Below, one piece after another: positions 35,549-49,099 of a stretch of 64,000 nt of DNA. A program made the position numbers and the translations under genes. Source of the stretch: Dictyostelium discoideum (lineage: Eukaryota); contig CM000155.2 in NCBI GenBank assembly GCA_000004695.1, positions 1,504,001 through 1,568,000 on the forward strand, read 5' to 3'. The notes below the pieces were generated by a model. It did no database searches. It saw nothing but the letters and a program-made list of their open reading frames with translations, and was not told the DNA's origin. The first letter of the stretch is position 1. Every line of letters starts with the position of its first letter.

Positions 35549-35966
35549 ATTATTATTATTATAAAAAATAATTGTGGAAAAAAAAAAGAAAATAGGAAAA
35601 AAATTTGAAAAAAAAAAAAAAAAAAAAATCTTGGAGAATGAGGATAGTTTTTTTGGTTGAAAAAAAAAAAAAAAAAAAAATTTTTAATTCCAAATAAAAA
35701 AAAAAAAAAATAAAAAAATAATAATATTAATGTTCCCAATTTTTTTATTTATTTTTATTGTCATTTTGATTTTTTGAATTGTCCTCTTGAGGGTTAATTT
35801 TTTTTTTTTTTTGTAACAATTGAAACCACCATTAAAATTGTGGAGTTTATATAATAAGTTAATTGATTTATTTGGTTTTTGTGTTGAAATAATGATAATT
35901 TCCTTTTATTACGCTTTGAGCAAGCAAAAAAAAAAAATAAAAAGAAAAAAAAAAAAAAAAAAAAAA

Positions 35967-36060
35967 ACAGATGACTACATTCATTTTATATATTTTTTAT
36001 ATCATTTTGTGTATTTTTGAGTGCTCTATTTATCTATACTAAATTCATATTAAAAATTAA
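35967..36060 (+). repeat. about 95-bp interspersed repeat, copy 1
   Basis: acagatgactacattcattttatatattttttatatcattttgtgtatttttgagtgctctatttatctatactaaattcatattaaaaattaa. Confidence 0.7.
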
Positions 36061-36280
36061 ACAAAATAAATATACCCCATTGTCCATGCCAAAATTACTA
36101 CATTAATTTCAGCAGCCTCAGTAATTTTAGCATGCATAGAGCACCTATTTTAATATGGTAAAACTAGCGGGCTGAATTTAATATGATAAAATTGGTATCA
36201 AAAATTAATATGGTAAAACTAGCGGGCTGAAATTAATACACCCAATCAAATCCAATTTCAAAAAAAAAAAAAAAAAAAAA

Positions 36281-36374
36281 ACAGAATGACTACATTCATT
36301 TTATATATTTTTTATATCATTTTGTGTTTTTGAGTGCTCTATTTATCTAAACTAAATTCATATTAAAAATTAAT
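36281..36374 (+). repeat. about 95-bp interspersed repeat, copy 2 (direct, 220 bp from copy 1)
   Basis: about 95% identical to copy 1. Confidence 0.7.
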
Positions 36375-36531
36375 AATTTAAAAAAAAAAAAAAAAAAAAT
36401 CAAAAATAAAATTAAAATGAAAAAAAAATTTTTTGGGTGTCCCAATTGAATGTTTTTATTAATTTTATTTTTCATTTTTTTTTTTTTTTATTTTTTTTTT
36501 TTAATTTTCATTTTCTTTTTTTTTTTTTTAA

Positions 36532-36817
36532 ATGATGAATGATTTAAATTTATCAAAACTATCATTAGAAGAATCTAATGATGGTAAAAATTCCCCATCA
36601 CATCCAAGACAACGTATTCAATTCTATCAAGATGAATCAACAACCACATCATCATCACCTTCACAACAAAATCAACAACCACCACAAATGTATGAACAAC
36701 AATCACCAACACCACAAATGTATGAACAACAATCACTAACACCACAAATGTATGAAAAACAACCATTACCAGAAATGTATGAACAAAACCAGGTACCTTC
36801 AACAACACAATACTACC

Positions 36818-36915
<98 letters not shown>

Positions 36916-37890
36916 CCATATTATAGTAATAATGGTTTTGATATTCCAACACAAACAAACCCACAACATAGCGAAATTACTTCACTTGAATTTGGTATTG
37001 ATTTACCAAGTGATGGTGGTAATATGAGTGGAATAACAAATGATAGTATTCAAACAGGTAGTTGGTTTGATGATATATTAAATTATCAAAAACAATATTT
37101 TAATAGCAGTAATAATAGTAACAGCAATAAAGCAACAACAACAACGACAGTTCAACAAACTTCTAATGATGATATAGAAAATTATTTAAAAGATCACATT
37201 CAAAATAAAATAAAAGAAAATCAAGAACAAAAACAATACACCCATCCAATCAATATGGAATATGGTATAGATCAAAGTGTATTATCATCATCAACATTAA
37301 TATTCAATAGACATGATCAATTTAATAAATCAAATTTACCAAATGGTTTCTTATTATCACCTTTTTATCATCCAATTTCAACGCCAACCTCTTATGATTA
37401 TCATCCACCACAATGTGATAATTGTTATTCCTATGTAAATATATATTGTAAATTAAATAAACCATTGGAAGTAACAAATAATAGTAATAGTAATAGTAAT
37501 AATAATAATAAATCAAAAAAAGGAAAAACCTCTTCACTTTCATGGACTTGTTCAATTTGTTTGAATGAAAATTTAATTGATGATGGTAAAAGTGGTGTAA
37601 GAAATATATTAGATGTTGTTAAAGGTTTAGGCTGGTGGAGTACAAATCATTATAAATCTGTATTCTCTTCTGAAACTTTTGATATTAAAATTAAAAAAAG
37701 AAAATCTTATAAATCAAAATCAATTGCTAGTGTAATTGATAATGGTATTGATAATGATGATGATGATGATGATGATGATAATGAAAATAATATTAATTCT
37801 GCAAAAAATAATAGTATTAAAAATAATGATAATAATAATAGCACATATATTTTTATAATTGATGAAAACATTTCAACAACAGATTTAAAA
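36532..37890 (+). CDS. sec24: Sec24-like COPII coat subunit, exon 1 (poly-Q N-terminus, Sec23/24 zinc finger, start of trunk domain)
   Basis: Q(36) tract; zinc finger CDNCYSYVNIYCKL…WTCSICLNEN; YIFIIDENIS; donor GTAGGT at 37891. Confidence 0.6.
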
Positions 37891-37981
37891 GTAGGTATTT
37901 TAATTTAACAATTCTATTTATTTATTATGTATATTTACTAATTTTTTTTTTTTTTTTTGGTAAAAAATAAAAATAATAAAG

Positions 37982-39426
37982 GAAATTAATGAATCAATTA
38001 GATTATTAACAAAAGAATTACCAGATAAAAGTAATGTTGGTATAATTACATTTTCAAAGAATATATCAATATTTGAAATGAATTCAATTAATAATGATGA
38101 AAAGAGTAAAGAGAGTTTATTAGGTTTTAACTCTGCAAAATTAATTAGTGGTGCAAATTCCCTAAGTCAACAAAAACATTTACTTAAAAGAAGAAGAAAA
38201 CTTTATTTAGAAACAATTGAAGATAATAAAAAAATGATAAATGATAATGAACTTCAAGTTAAAGAAAGAACACCAAAATTAAATTCAATTTTAACAAGTT
38301 TATTAGAAACATTTGAAAATAATGGTGATCAAATAGTTTATGAAAGTAAACCAATTTCATTAGGTGTTGCAATTGAGAGTGCAATGTCATTAATTGGTAG
38401 TGGTGGTGGTGGTGATGATAATGATGATGATGTTGTAGAAAATAGTTCTAGATTCTTTGTATTTTTAAATGGTTCACCAGATTATGGTCCTGGTTCAATA
38501 CCAAAGATGCAAAGTGGTTTATTTGTAAATGCAAGTAGTATTGGTGGTGGTTCAAAAAATAATAATGAAAGTGGTAATGGATTTAATTTAACTACTGAAG
38601 AACATGCTCAATTGAATAATGCATATCAATATTATGAACATTTAGGTGAAAAAGCATATAGTTTCGGCATTGCAATTGATATTGCATTGATTGGTTATAA
38701 TAATTTCGAGAGTAAAGTTATCTCTAAACTTTGTAAACCATCAGGATTTATGACATCATCTTTAGAGGCATCACATGGTAGAAATGGTCAATCGGTAAAG
38801 GGTGAACGTGCAAACATATTGTTCTCAAATATGAATAATGCAATCATAAAGAATAGTGGTATCTTTGGTCAATTGGATATACATTGTCATGACTCGGTGA
38901 GTTTAACTCATTTAATTGGTCCAACAATTAATAATTCAGATATTAAAAACAATAGATTAATTCAATCATTCAATAGACATTGTGAAAATGATGAGGATCA
39001 ATTAATTTCAACCGATCAAGTTAATGATAGATATACAAGTTTCATCATATCAAATTTACAACAAGATATTTGTTTCTCTGTTTACTATAATCTTCAAGAG
39101 GATATACCATTGGATTATATTCATTTCCAATTTGTAATTCATTTAATTAAAGCTAATGGTGTTAAAATCTCAAGAGTAATTACAAAACGTTTAAAAATCA
39201 CTGGTAATTTCGATAGATTCTTATCTTCAATTGACCTTAAAGTTACCACAACTCTCTTGGCAAAGAAATTGGTTTTACAATCTCTTAAAGATCAATCTTC
39301 AAATATTCAATTTGAATTGGATAAACAAGTTAAAAAAATTTGTTTATCTTGTTCAAAAATTGAAAAAGGTTGGTTTAAAAAATCAATTATTATTCCTGAT
39401 ATAATTAAAAATGAATTTTTAAAATT
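37982..39426 (+). CDS. sec24: Sec24-like COPII coat subunit, exon 2
   Basis: acceptor …ataataaag at 37981, in frame (EINESIRLLTKELPDKSNVGIITFSKNISIF…); donor GTAATG at 39427. Confidence 0.6.
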
Positions 39427-39528
39427 GTAATGTATCAAAATAATAAATAATAATAATAAATGTATCAAAATAATAATAATAATAATAAATTATACTAATA
39501 ATAATAATAATACAATATTTTAAAATAG

Positions 39529-40093
39529 AATTTATAAAATTAGAAGAGGATTATTATTTGGATCAATTATTCAAAATAATGATGATTTAGTTATTCATCA
39601 AAATGATTTATTAAATTCAAATTTTATAGATTGTCAAAAACTTTTATTACCAAAATTATTCCAATTAAATAAGGCTAGTAATCAATTTAATAATATTCCA
39701 TTAGATATTTGTTCAATTAATCCAAATGTTATATTGATCTTAGATTGTTTTACAAATATTTATATAATGATTGGTAGTGAAATGAATGATGACACTGAAA
39801 AATTAAAACTCTTAAAAGACCACATTGAATATACCACTCACCAAAGAATACCATCGCCATGTGTTATGAAATTCAATGAAAATGGTCATGATATTAGATG
39901 GATGAAATCAATTTTATCAAGTTCTGAATCTTATCCAATTCAAGAAAGAATAAACATCATTAAAGAAATATATCCAGAATATAAAGATTTAGATATTAAT
40001 CAAGAATTTTTGAAAAGATTTGATGACCCATTTTCTTCAAATGATACAACTCCTGCTCAATTTGAAAGAGAAATTACAACAAATCTTTTATAA
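39529..40093 (+). CDS. sec24: Sec24-like COPII coat subunit, exon 3 (gelsolin-like C-terminal domain)
   Basis: acceptor ttaaaatag at 39528; …NVILILDCFTNIYIMIGSE…; stop at 40091-40093. Confidence 0.55.
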
Positions 40094-40202
40094 AATAAAA
40101 TAAAAACATAATAATAAAATCTAAATCCAAAAAACCAAAATAAAATTTTATAGATAAATTATAATTTTAATGTTTACATTTTTATTTTTATATATATATA
40201 TT

Positions 40203-40502
40203 TTATGCAAAATAAGAAGGTGCAACCTTTGTGGACAAAATTGTTTCCGCTTCTTCTTCAGTGAATTGACGCTTATCTTCTTCCCAAGATTCTTTGTGAG
40301 TTCTCCAAAATTCAGAAATTGTGGATGCTGCAGTTTTGTAGTGACTATTTCTTGAATATCTTGATAATTGTTGAAGCACAGATGGTATATACTTTGGAAT
40401 ATTATAAGGTACCGCCAATACAACAGAACTAAGAATAATTAATGATGAATACTTTTCAATGAAGCTTTGATCTGGTACATTTAAATTTTTAATAGCTTTT
40501 TT
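40203..40502 (-). CDS. large HEAT-repeat protein, last exon; C-terminus …KVAPSYFA
   Basis: acceptor aaattttag at 40503; in frame (KKAIKNLNVPDQSF…AVPYNIPKYIP…); stop at 40203-40205. Confidence 0.5.
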   Translation of the reverse strand, partial: KKAIKNLNVPDQSFIEKYSSLIILSSVVLAVPYNIPKYIPSVLQQLSRYSRNSHYKTAASTISEFWRTHKESWEEDKRQFTEEEAETILSTKVAPSYFA

Positions 40503-40607
40503 CTAAAATTTTATTAAAAAAAATTAATAATAATAATAATAGTCAAATTAATATTAAGTGATAGAATTGTTTAAAAGGGTAAAAAATAAAATAAAAAAAA
40601 TACATAC

Positions 40608-43600
40608 AATTAAATTTTCAACCATATTTGAGTCAGATTTAAAAGAAATTAAAATTGAAGCCAATGTTGCTTTTGATTTTTCACGAATTTCAATTTGTGG
40701 ATCTTTTGTTAATGCTAAAACTGTATTAACAATTGAATCAGTTTGTTGATTTGAAAATATAAAAGAATGATTAAAGAAAAATACTTGTACAAATTGTAAA
40801 ATTGAAGTTCTAATTTTCCAAGAAGGTGATTGAAGGGTTTGATTTAAAACGGTAATGAATTGATCAATAACTCCACTTTCAAAATAAAACTCTTGTGACA
40901 TTCTATAAACACAACCTGATGAATCTTTTGCAATCTCTAAATTTGAGTCACCAGTTAAAGACATAATTGCCTTTAATAGAGTTGGTGCAGATCTAACCAA
41001 TACTGGATTTTTAGAATTTAAAAAATAAATTAATAATAATATGTTCTCTTTAATTGCATTCTTTGAGTTTTTAGAATTATTATTATTGCTATTATTATTA
41101 TTATCATTATTATTGTTATTACTATTACTATTATCAATCATTGTAACATCAGCACTATTGGTGGTGGCAATACCATTAGTACCATTGTTAACATGAGATA
41201 AAGGAGAATTTGAACCACTTGATGGTGGTGATGAATTTGAAATAATATCAATGAATCCTTGAAGTATTGAAGTTTCTTTTTGTGGAATAATTGGTGGGTG
41301 AACAGAGAAATCTGATTGATAAATGATTAATAAAGATAATAATCTCATTGCTTCAATTCTAATTTGTTTATAATTATTTGAGAATTCAGTTTTGGCGATT
41401 TCAAATAATTTCTCTGTTAAATCTTTATTCTTCCAAGTTACTTCAACCAAGAAAGCTTTTAAGAATTTAATTGATTTTGAACCAGCTAAAATGTTATTTG
41501 TTTTTTTATGAACTTCAAAGAGTAAATTTGAAAACCATTCAATTTTATCGAATCTAATATTATGAGTGATGAAACGGATTGCACTTGTCCAAGCTTCGGT
41601 ACATTCATTTGAACAACCAGTTAAACTAATGAAAGCAATATTAGATACCCAAGAAAAGATATTCTCTCTTTCATCACCTAATAGATCATCATTGATAGAG
41701 ATATATCTTGAAATACCAGCCAACATTTCAACCAATAAAAAGTAATCCTCTTTTTCAGATTTACCTTTTAATTTCTCCATTATTGGTTTAATGGTATCGA
41801 TGAATTTAATACCTCCAACGGCTTGAAATAAACCAAAGAAATAGTTTGCATTGAAAGAACGGAAATCTTTATTTGATACGGATGCTCTTGTATTTGGATA
41901 AGATGGTGTAAAATTCTTATTGGTCATTGATTGACAAAATGAATTGGTTGAACTTTCTTCATGATCTTGTGACATATAAGCAAATAATCTACCTGCATTA
42001 CTATTGGCTGTACAATTGGTACCATCAGTAAATAGTAAGGTTATGATGTCATCCTTTGTTAAATTGAAAAGATATTTTTCAAAATCTACACTTGAACCAT
42101 AAATTTCCAAGTCAATTTTCTCTTGAGTGGAGAAACGATTATCACCAAAATAATTTTGATAACAAAATTCAATATTTTTATTTGATTGTACGGCTAATAT
42201 ATTTGCAATTGAATGTAAACAATAGATTCTACTGAATGGGAAATCACATTTTGAATTCTTAGCAATACATAATACCACCTCTTTAATGATTGGCTCTTGA
42301 TCTTTATATTTCTCACTATATGGGAAACCATCTTTTAAACCTGGTGAAGGATTAAAAAGAATTGAAAAGTAATAAATGATCGATGATAAAAGGAATAAAT
42401 GATTTCTCCATGGTAAACTATCATTCTTTTCACTTGATTTACTTAAAGTAACCATATTCTCTAATGCAATTAAAAGATTTGATCTATTCTTATCAACTTT
42501 TTCTTTATTTGATTTTGATGCTTTTTCAATCAATTGTTTTTGTTGCTCAGTTAGACTATTTAAATTGATACCTTTTTGATAACAAGAATAATGATTATTT
42601 GAAACGATATCTTCAACAATATCACCACCTTGATAATAATTTAAACTTTTCATTTCTTTAGATTGATAATAATTTAAAATTGGTAATCTCTTTGCAATTA
42701 ATAAAACCTTTTTAAGTTCAGAGAAAGTGGCTCTAGTGTTTGGTTTGAACTTTTGATCGATTTGTTTTGCTACCATTGGTTGTAATTTTTTAACCCATTC
42801 AGTATTACCTTTAAGTTTTCTTGAGATTGATTTAGCTTGAAAAATAAAACTAATACCTTTAATTTCAGGATCGGATTTCATATCCAATAAACGATCTATA
42901 CAAATTGGTAAAATAATTTCATAGGAACCATTAAACATATTCAATATATTTACAAATGCTTTTTGAGCGGTTTCTCTAACACGACGATAATTATGAACTG
43001 AAAGGTTCAAAGTGAAATGCATTGAATCCAATGCCAACTGAGTGATTGGCATATGTTGAAAGTTTAACTTTTGACGAATTAAATGACTTTTGAATGCTTT
43101 ATAAACCAAATAATTTCTACCCTTTAACTTTTTATGATTCTTCCATTTTTCAAATAGATGATCATGAGTGTGATCAATTATATCACCCCTACAATAAAAC
43201 ATTACAAATAAAGTTTTTGAGATCACTCTAAGTACATTAATCTCTTCATTAATATTCTTTGACTCTAAATATTGAATGGTTTCTTTATAGTTATTAAAAA
43301 TCTCTTGTTTTAATGTTGAAAACTCTGGGAAACTAATTTCACCATGTTCAAATTTGGATCTCTTTGGTTGATATCTAAATTCATCTTTTGATTGTTTAAT
43401 CTCATTACTTGTATCTTTAATTAAAAATGTTGCTGCTCTTAAAATACTTTGAATTGGTTTAACTAAATTTAATAATTTCATTCTATTATATGTATTGTTA
43501 TTGTTGTTGTTGTTTGATTCATCATTTGTTCTTAAAGAATTAATATAATTTGATAATTTATCATTTGTTCCTTTCAAAAATTTATCAATTAATAATTTAG

Positions 43601-43979
43601 CGAAATTGATATCATTTTCATTTGGTTCAAACCATTCAATTGGTAATATAGTTGATAAATCTGTTGAACCCCAATATTTGATATGATTCTCTTTTCTATT
43701 AACGATTGTTTGTGGTACAACTCTTGTATTTAATGGATAAATACGAGTTAGAGAGAATATTAATTTACGAATTACTTTTGAAGTTGCTTTTAATACAATC
43801 TTATTATCAGATTCCATTAACACCGTTAAAATATCAATTAATTGATCTTTAAATTCAACCAAACCATGACCACCTTTAAATACTAAATATCCAATATATG
43901 TAATATATAATCTAAGTTCTTGATCTGATAAATCACCAATTATATCATACTTTATTCCGCTATTATAGTTGTTATTACA

Positions 43980-44017
<38 letters not shown>

Positions 44018-44300
44018 TGGTTATTTTATGTTTGATAAATAATTTATTTACAAATACTGGTAAAAATACAGAAATTGATTGAATAGGATCTCTTAATGTT
44101 GAAGATTTTAAAAATTCGCCCAATTGTTTATAATATTCTGGTTCAAATATATTTGTAAATACTGATTTTAATCTAGCTAATACCGCTTTAAAAATTTCAT
44201 TTGATAATGCTCCAAAAAATAATTCCATTGTTTCTCTAAAAAATATATTTGGTACAGTTTCTCTTTTAAAATTACCTTTTTTAGTTGATGATTGTAATAA
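40608..44300 (-). CDS. large HEAT-repeat protein, main exon (about 1230 codons)
   Basis: acceptor at 44301-44302; long ORF; donor GTATGT at 40602-40607 after …MVENLI. Confidence 0.5.
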
Positions 44301-44418
44301 CTTTTTTTTTTATTTGAAAAGAAAAAAAATTAATAATAAAAAATTAATAAAAAAAAGAAATTCCTTAAAATAGTTTTTTTTGGTTATAAAAAAAAAAAAA
44401 AAAAAAAAAATTACATAC

Positions 44419-44733
44419 GAAATTAATTGTAGCATCAACAAAATTAATTGACCATTCTTGAAATAATGAAGTTGAAAGTGTAACATTTTCTTCAATTTGA
44501 TTTTCACATTGATCAATGTATTGATTTTCATCAGAGATTAAAATTGAACTAAATAATTTATTAAAAAATTTAAAAGTACCAGATGCCTTATTTGTATAGA
44601 TTGGATCCAAACATTTAATCATTATCTCCATAAATGTTATTAAATGAGTTTTACCCTCTGGAAATTGTGGTGAAAATAAAATTGGATGTAAACATGTTGA
44701 AACAACTTCAATACCACCAATTAATCTATTCAC
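44419..44733 (-). CDS. large HEAT-repeat protein, internal exon (upstream boundary approximate)
   Basis: donor GTATGT at 44413-44418 after …DATINF. Confidence 0.4.
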
Positions 44734-45035
44734 TTCTTCTCTATCAACTGATGAATAAAAATCATCAATAATTTTTGGTAAAATATATGTTGGTGCAACA
44801 TCTATAGAAAGTTAAAAAAAATTAAAAAAAAAAAAAAAAAAATTATTATTAAATTAATATTAATTTAAATTATTATTATAATAAAAATAAAATAAATTTA
44901 AAAACTTACGTGAAAATTCATTCATAATTTTAGCAATTGTTAATGATATATTTTTTTTTTTTGAATAAAGTGCATTTGTTAAAGATGGATAAATAATTTC
45001 TAAAAATTCTTGAATAATTAATTCTGAATATGGAA

Positions 45036-45038
45036 CTA

Positions 45039-45071
<33 letters not shown>

Positions 45072-45698
45072 TATTAATATTGATATTGTTAGAAAAAAAA
45101 AAAAAAAAAAAAAATTGAAAAAAGACTTACTATATTTATTTCTTTTTAAAAATGATTTTGACATTGATAAAGTCATTTCACCTAAATCAGTTGTCCAATC
45201 ACCAGTATTTGAAGGATGAAAGTATAAACCAATTTTTGATATTAAAGTTTTAAAATGTTGAATTGCAGGTTTTTCAGTTTTTGAATTAATTAAACAAGCA
45301 ATGATTTTACCAATTGAATGAAATTCCATTCTATCTTCACGTGTTAATCTAAAGATTTCTGGTATTTTATGTTTGACAGGTTTTAGGTGTGCCATTGATG
45401 GTGAGCCAACGCCTAAATCCAAAGCCTTCAACATTTTAGTATAAAGAATTGGTAAAATGGGTGTCCAATCAATATTTACGCCAAATTTAATTGCTCTTGA
45501 AAAGATGAATAACCAACGTTCATCCCAATCCTTATTGAAATCTATCCAACTCCAATAATAATTTAAATAGAGGTCAACCCATTTTGGTATTGATGTCAAC
45601 GTTGAAAAATGATAAGTTGGTGTGAATAAATATAAAACATTTGCACAGAAATAAATATAATTTGAATGTGGTACTAAATATCCTCCAATCTCTTCCAA
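45036..45698 (-). CDS. large HEAT-repeat protein, internal exon (boundaries approximate)
   Basis: ORF contains FHPSNTGDW (resembles the HPSN.G.W motif I associate with PA200/Blm10). Confidence 0.35.
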
Positions 45699-46083
45699 TA
45701 ATTCATCAACAACTTCATCACCTCCAAAAAATGGTTGACAATTATATATTAAAACATTAAATTTTTGTTGTAATTTACTAATAATTTTATAAAATAAAAA
45801 AAAAAAAAACTATTAGAATAATTTGGTCCACCTTTTGAAATATTCCATATTAAACTATACTAGTATTCCAATTACTTACATAGTAGAATGATGATCATCA
45901 AATGAACCATATTGTTTAGAGATTTCACAATTTTCTTTAAAAATTTTATAAAGTGGTCTCCAATTAACTTTTAATTCAATTAATTTTTTACCACGACTGT
46001 TTTTAATTAAAATTAATTAAAAAAAAAAATAAAAAAAAAAAATAAAAAAAAAAATAAAAACATTTAGTATTTTTTTTTTTAAA

Positions 46084-46222
<139 letters not shown>

Positions 46223-46266
46223 TAATTAAAACTATTTTTTAAAAAAAAAAAAAAAAAAAAAAATAC

Positions 46267-46722
46267 TTACGAAAATAATAAACTTAAAAATTCAATTATA
46301 ACATTACCAAGATCTTCAGCTCTAAATTGAATGAATAAGTCAAATAATCTTGGAATTAGATAATGATATTGTTGTTTTGTAAATTGTAATTGAACTTCAT
46401 AGATACGATGTTTGAAAACATGAAGTAATTGATTTATATCACCAATGTTACAAATCATAATTGAATGGTCAAATGATTGGAAAAATTCTTCGACCAAGTC
46501 TAATTTCTCTTGTTCCACAACTGAACTATAGGAAGGTGGTGTTGTTTGTTGAATCTTTTCTCTTTGTAAATCCCTCACCATTTCATCTGTTAATCTTTTA
46601 GATTGTTGAAATTCTTTACAATTCTTATATCTATAATATCCTGTATTCTCAACATCCTCTTTCTTGAATGAAATAAATTCATTATTTAATTGTTGATCTT
46701 TATGAGTTTTAAATGTTATCAT
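46267..46722 (-). CDS. large HEAT-repeat protein (possibly PA200/Blm10-like), exon 1 with ATG
   Basis: true ATG at 46720-46722; same strand and orientation as downstream exons. Confidence 0.35.
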   Translation of the reverse strand: MITFKTHKDQQLNNEFISFKKEDVENTGYYRYKNCKEFQQSKRLTDEMVRDLQREKIQQTTPPSYSSVVEQEKLDLVEEFFQSFDHSIMICNIGDINQLLHVFKHRIYEVQLQFTKQQYHYLIPRLFDLFIQFRAEDLGNVIIEFLSLLFS

Positions 46723-46973
46723 TTTTTTTTTTTTTTTTTTATTTATTTATTTATTTATTTTTTATTCTTGTCTGATTTATGTTTTTTTTTTTTTATTTAT
46801 TATTAATTTTTTTATTTGTTTATTATTTACCTATGAAAATAAATAAAAAAAATAATAAAAAAAAAATAATAAAAAATAAAAAATAAAATAAAAAAATAAA
46901 ATAAAAAAATAAAAAAAAATTAAAAAATTAAAATTAAAAAAAAAATATAAATTAAAAATATGGGTGTGAAGAA

Positions 46974-47009
<36 letters not shown>

Positions 47010-47407
47010 TATTTTGAAAATCAAATTTTTAATTTTTTTTTTTTTTTTTTTTTAATTTTGAAAAATAATTTTAGTAATCATTTCATCACAAATTTAATTT
47101 GGATCTGTTTTTTGACCCACCAAATAAAAACAATGACATTAACAGTTTTTTATAAAATTTATAATAAAAAATAAAATTTATAAAAAAATAAAAAATAAAA
47201 AATTTAATTAAAAAAATAAAATAAATAAAATAAATAAAAATTCCACCTAATTAGTTGTTTAATTTTAAAATAAATAAATAATTCGGTGTCATTTTTTTTA
47301 TTTTCTAAAAATAACTTTTTTTTTTTTTTTTTTTATATAATTTATTTTTTTTTTTTTTTTATAAATAATTTATATCTAATATAATACAAAAAAAAAAAAA
47401 AAAAAAT

Positions 47408-47734
47408 TTAACCAGAATTAACTTGATGTTTTGAGGCTACAGATGTACCAACAGTAGTTGGTGCATCTACTAATTGTGAAGCCAAATCAATACCAATTTC
47501 ATCCAAAACTTGATTTAAAATTTCTTGTGATTGTTCTTCCTCACCATCTTGTTCCATAACTTGATCCATTGTGTCATTCATCATTTCCTCTTTCATATCC
47601 ATTTTATCTGATTGTTGTTCAAATTCCATCATAATCTTTGTAAATTGTGGTAAATTCATTTGTCTATTCATTGTAATCATTGCTTTTGTAACACCTTTCA
47701 TTGCTTCTGCCATTGCTTGTGTTGATTGTAATGT
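47408..47734 (-). CDS. chmp2a: CHMP2/Vps2, exon 3
   Basis: acceptor …atatag; TLQSTQAMAEAMKGVTKAM…MMEFEQQSDKMDMKEEMMND…; stop at 47408. Confidence 0.8.
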   Translation of the reverse strand, partial: TLQSTQAMAEAMKGVTKAMITMNRQMNLPQFTKIMMEFEQQSDKMDMKEEMMNDTMDQVMEQDGEEEQSQEILNQVLDEIGIDLASQLVDAPTTVGTSVASKHQVNSG

Positions 47735-47779
47735 CTATATAATATAATATAATATAATATAAAATGTTAGTATATAGAA

Positions 47780-47848
47780 GAAAGAAAAGAAAAGAAAAGA
47801 AAAGAAAAGAAAAGAAAAGAAAAGAAAAGAAAAGAAAAGAAAAGAAAA
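47780..47848. repeat. (AAAAG)n microsatellite, about 14 units, in the CHMP2 intron
   Basis: aaagaaaagaaaag…. Confidence 0.95.
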
Positions 47849-47857
47849 AAAACATAC

Positions 47858-47962
47858 TTGGATTCTAAGACTAACAGCTTGTAATTGTGTTTTCATTTCA
47901 TAAAACTTTTGTATATGATATCTGGTTCTAACTAAATCTTTTGCCATAATTTTTGCAGAGTT
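47858..47962 (-). CDS. chmp2a: CHMP2/Vps2, exon 2
   Basis: NSAKIMAKDLVRTRYHIQKFYEMKTQLQAVSLRIQ; donor GTATGT; the intron contains (gaaaa)n. Confidence 0.8.
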
Positions 47963-48046
47963 CTAAAAAAAAAAAAAAAAATAATAATAATAATTAATAT
48001 TTTATTATTATTTTTTTTTTAAAAAAAAAAAAAAAAAATACTTTAC

Positions 48047-48211
48047 CATTTGACCTTGTTTAGCCATTTTCTTAATATCTAATATAATTTTTTTTTCTTG
48101 ATTCTGAAGAGCTACTCTTTCACGATCAATTTCTCTCATTGATTTATTTAAGTTTCTTTGATTTTCTCTTAATACCTCCTTTGGAGTTTTTTGTTTACCA
48201 AATAAAAACAT
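48047..48211 (-). CDS. chmp2a: CHMP2/Vps2 (ESCRT-III), exon 1
   Basis: MFLFGKQKTPKEVLRENQRNLNKSMREIDRERVALQNQEKKIILDIKKMAKQGQM; donor GTAAAG. Confidence 0.8.
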
Positions 48212-49005
48212 TTTTTAATTTCTTTTAATATATATATGAAAAAGTTTTATTTATTATTATTATTATTAATATTATTTTATTATTTTATTATTTATTTACT
48301 ATTTATTATTTATGATTTATTATTTACAGGTGTGTATAATAGTTATTATATTATACAAAAATAGTACTAAGGTTATATAAAAATTTTTTTTTTTTTTTTA
48401 ATATTTAATTTACAAAAACAAAAAAAAAATAAAAATAAAAAAAAAATAAAAAAAAAATAATAAAAAAAAAATTTAAAAAAATTTAAAAAAAAATAAAATA
48501 AAAAAAAAAAAAAAAATATTTTAAACGCATTTTTTTGAGAGATATTTCAAACCCTTTGTTTGAAAAATCAAACTTTAATAGTTTTTTTTTAAGTAATAAC
48601 TATTTATAGTTTTTTTTTTTTTTATTTTAATTTTGGTATAACAATTTTATTATTTTATATTTTTTATTTTTTTTATTTCCAAGAATGTGCAAAGAAAATC
48701 AATTGGGAACTCATCACTAATTTTTTCATTTTAAATTAATAAAAATTCCCATACCTGGAAATAAAAAAAAAAAAAATAAAAATAATAAAATAAGCGACTA
48801 TTAATTAAGAAAATTTTAAATGTGTCTTTTTTTTTTTTATATTTTTAAAAAAAATATTATAATTTTTAACACCAAAAAATAATAATTATTTCAACAAATT
48901 TTGATTAATTTAAATACAAAAATTTTTTTTTTTTTTTTTTATTAAACAAATATTAAATTAAAATAAACAAATAATATTAAAGAAATAGAAAATAAAAAAA
49001 CAAAA

Positions 49006-49018
49006 ATGACACTTTTTA
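49006..49018 (+). CDS. hssA/2C/7E-family small Gly/Cys-rich protein, exon 1
   Basis: ATGACACTTTTTA then donor GTATTT. Confidence 0.4.
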
Positions 49019-49099
49019 GTATTTATCATTATTTAATTCATTTATTAATTTTCAATTAATTGATACTGATATTAACTTTTTTTTTTTTTTTTTTAATAG

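Noticed and set aside
36575-37027. Poly-V and poly-N ORFs overlapping the Sec24-like exon 1
   Set aside because: They are antisense or shifted frames of the (CAA)n poly-Q tract.
40148-40423. ORF 40148-40423 (-) and plus-strand ORF 40170-40355
   Set aside because: They overlap the true last exon of the HEAT-repeat gene (frame of 40203-40502) in other frames.
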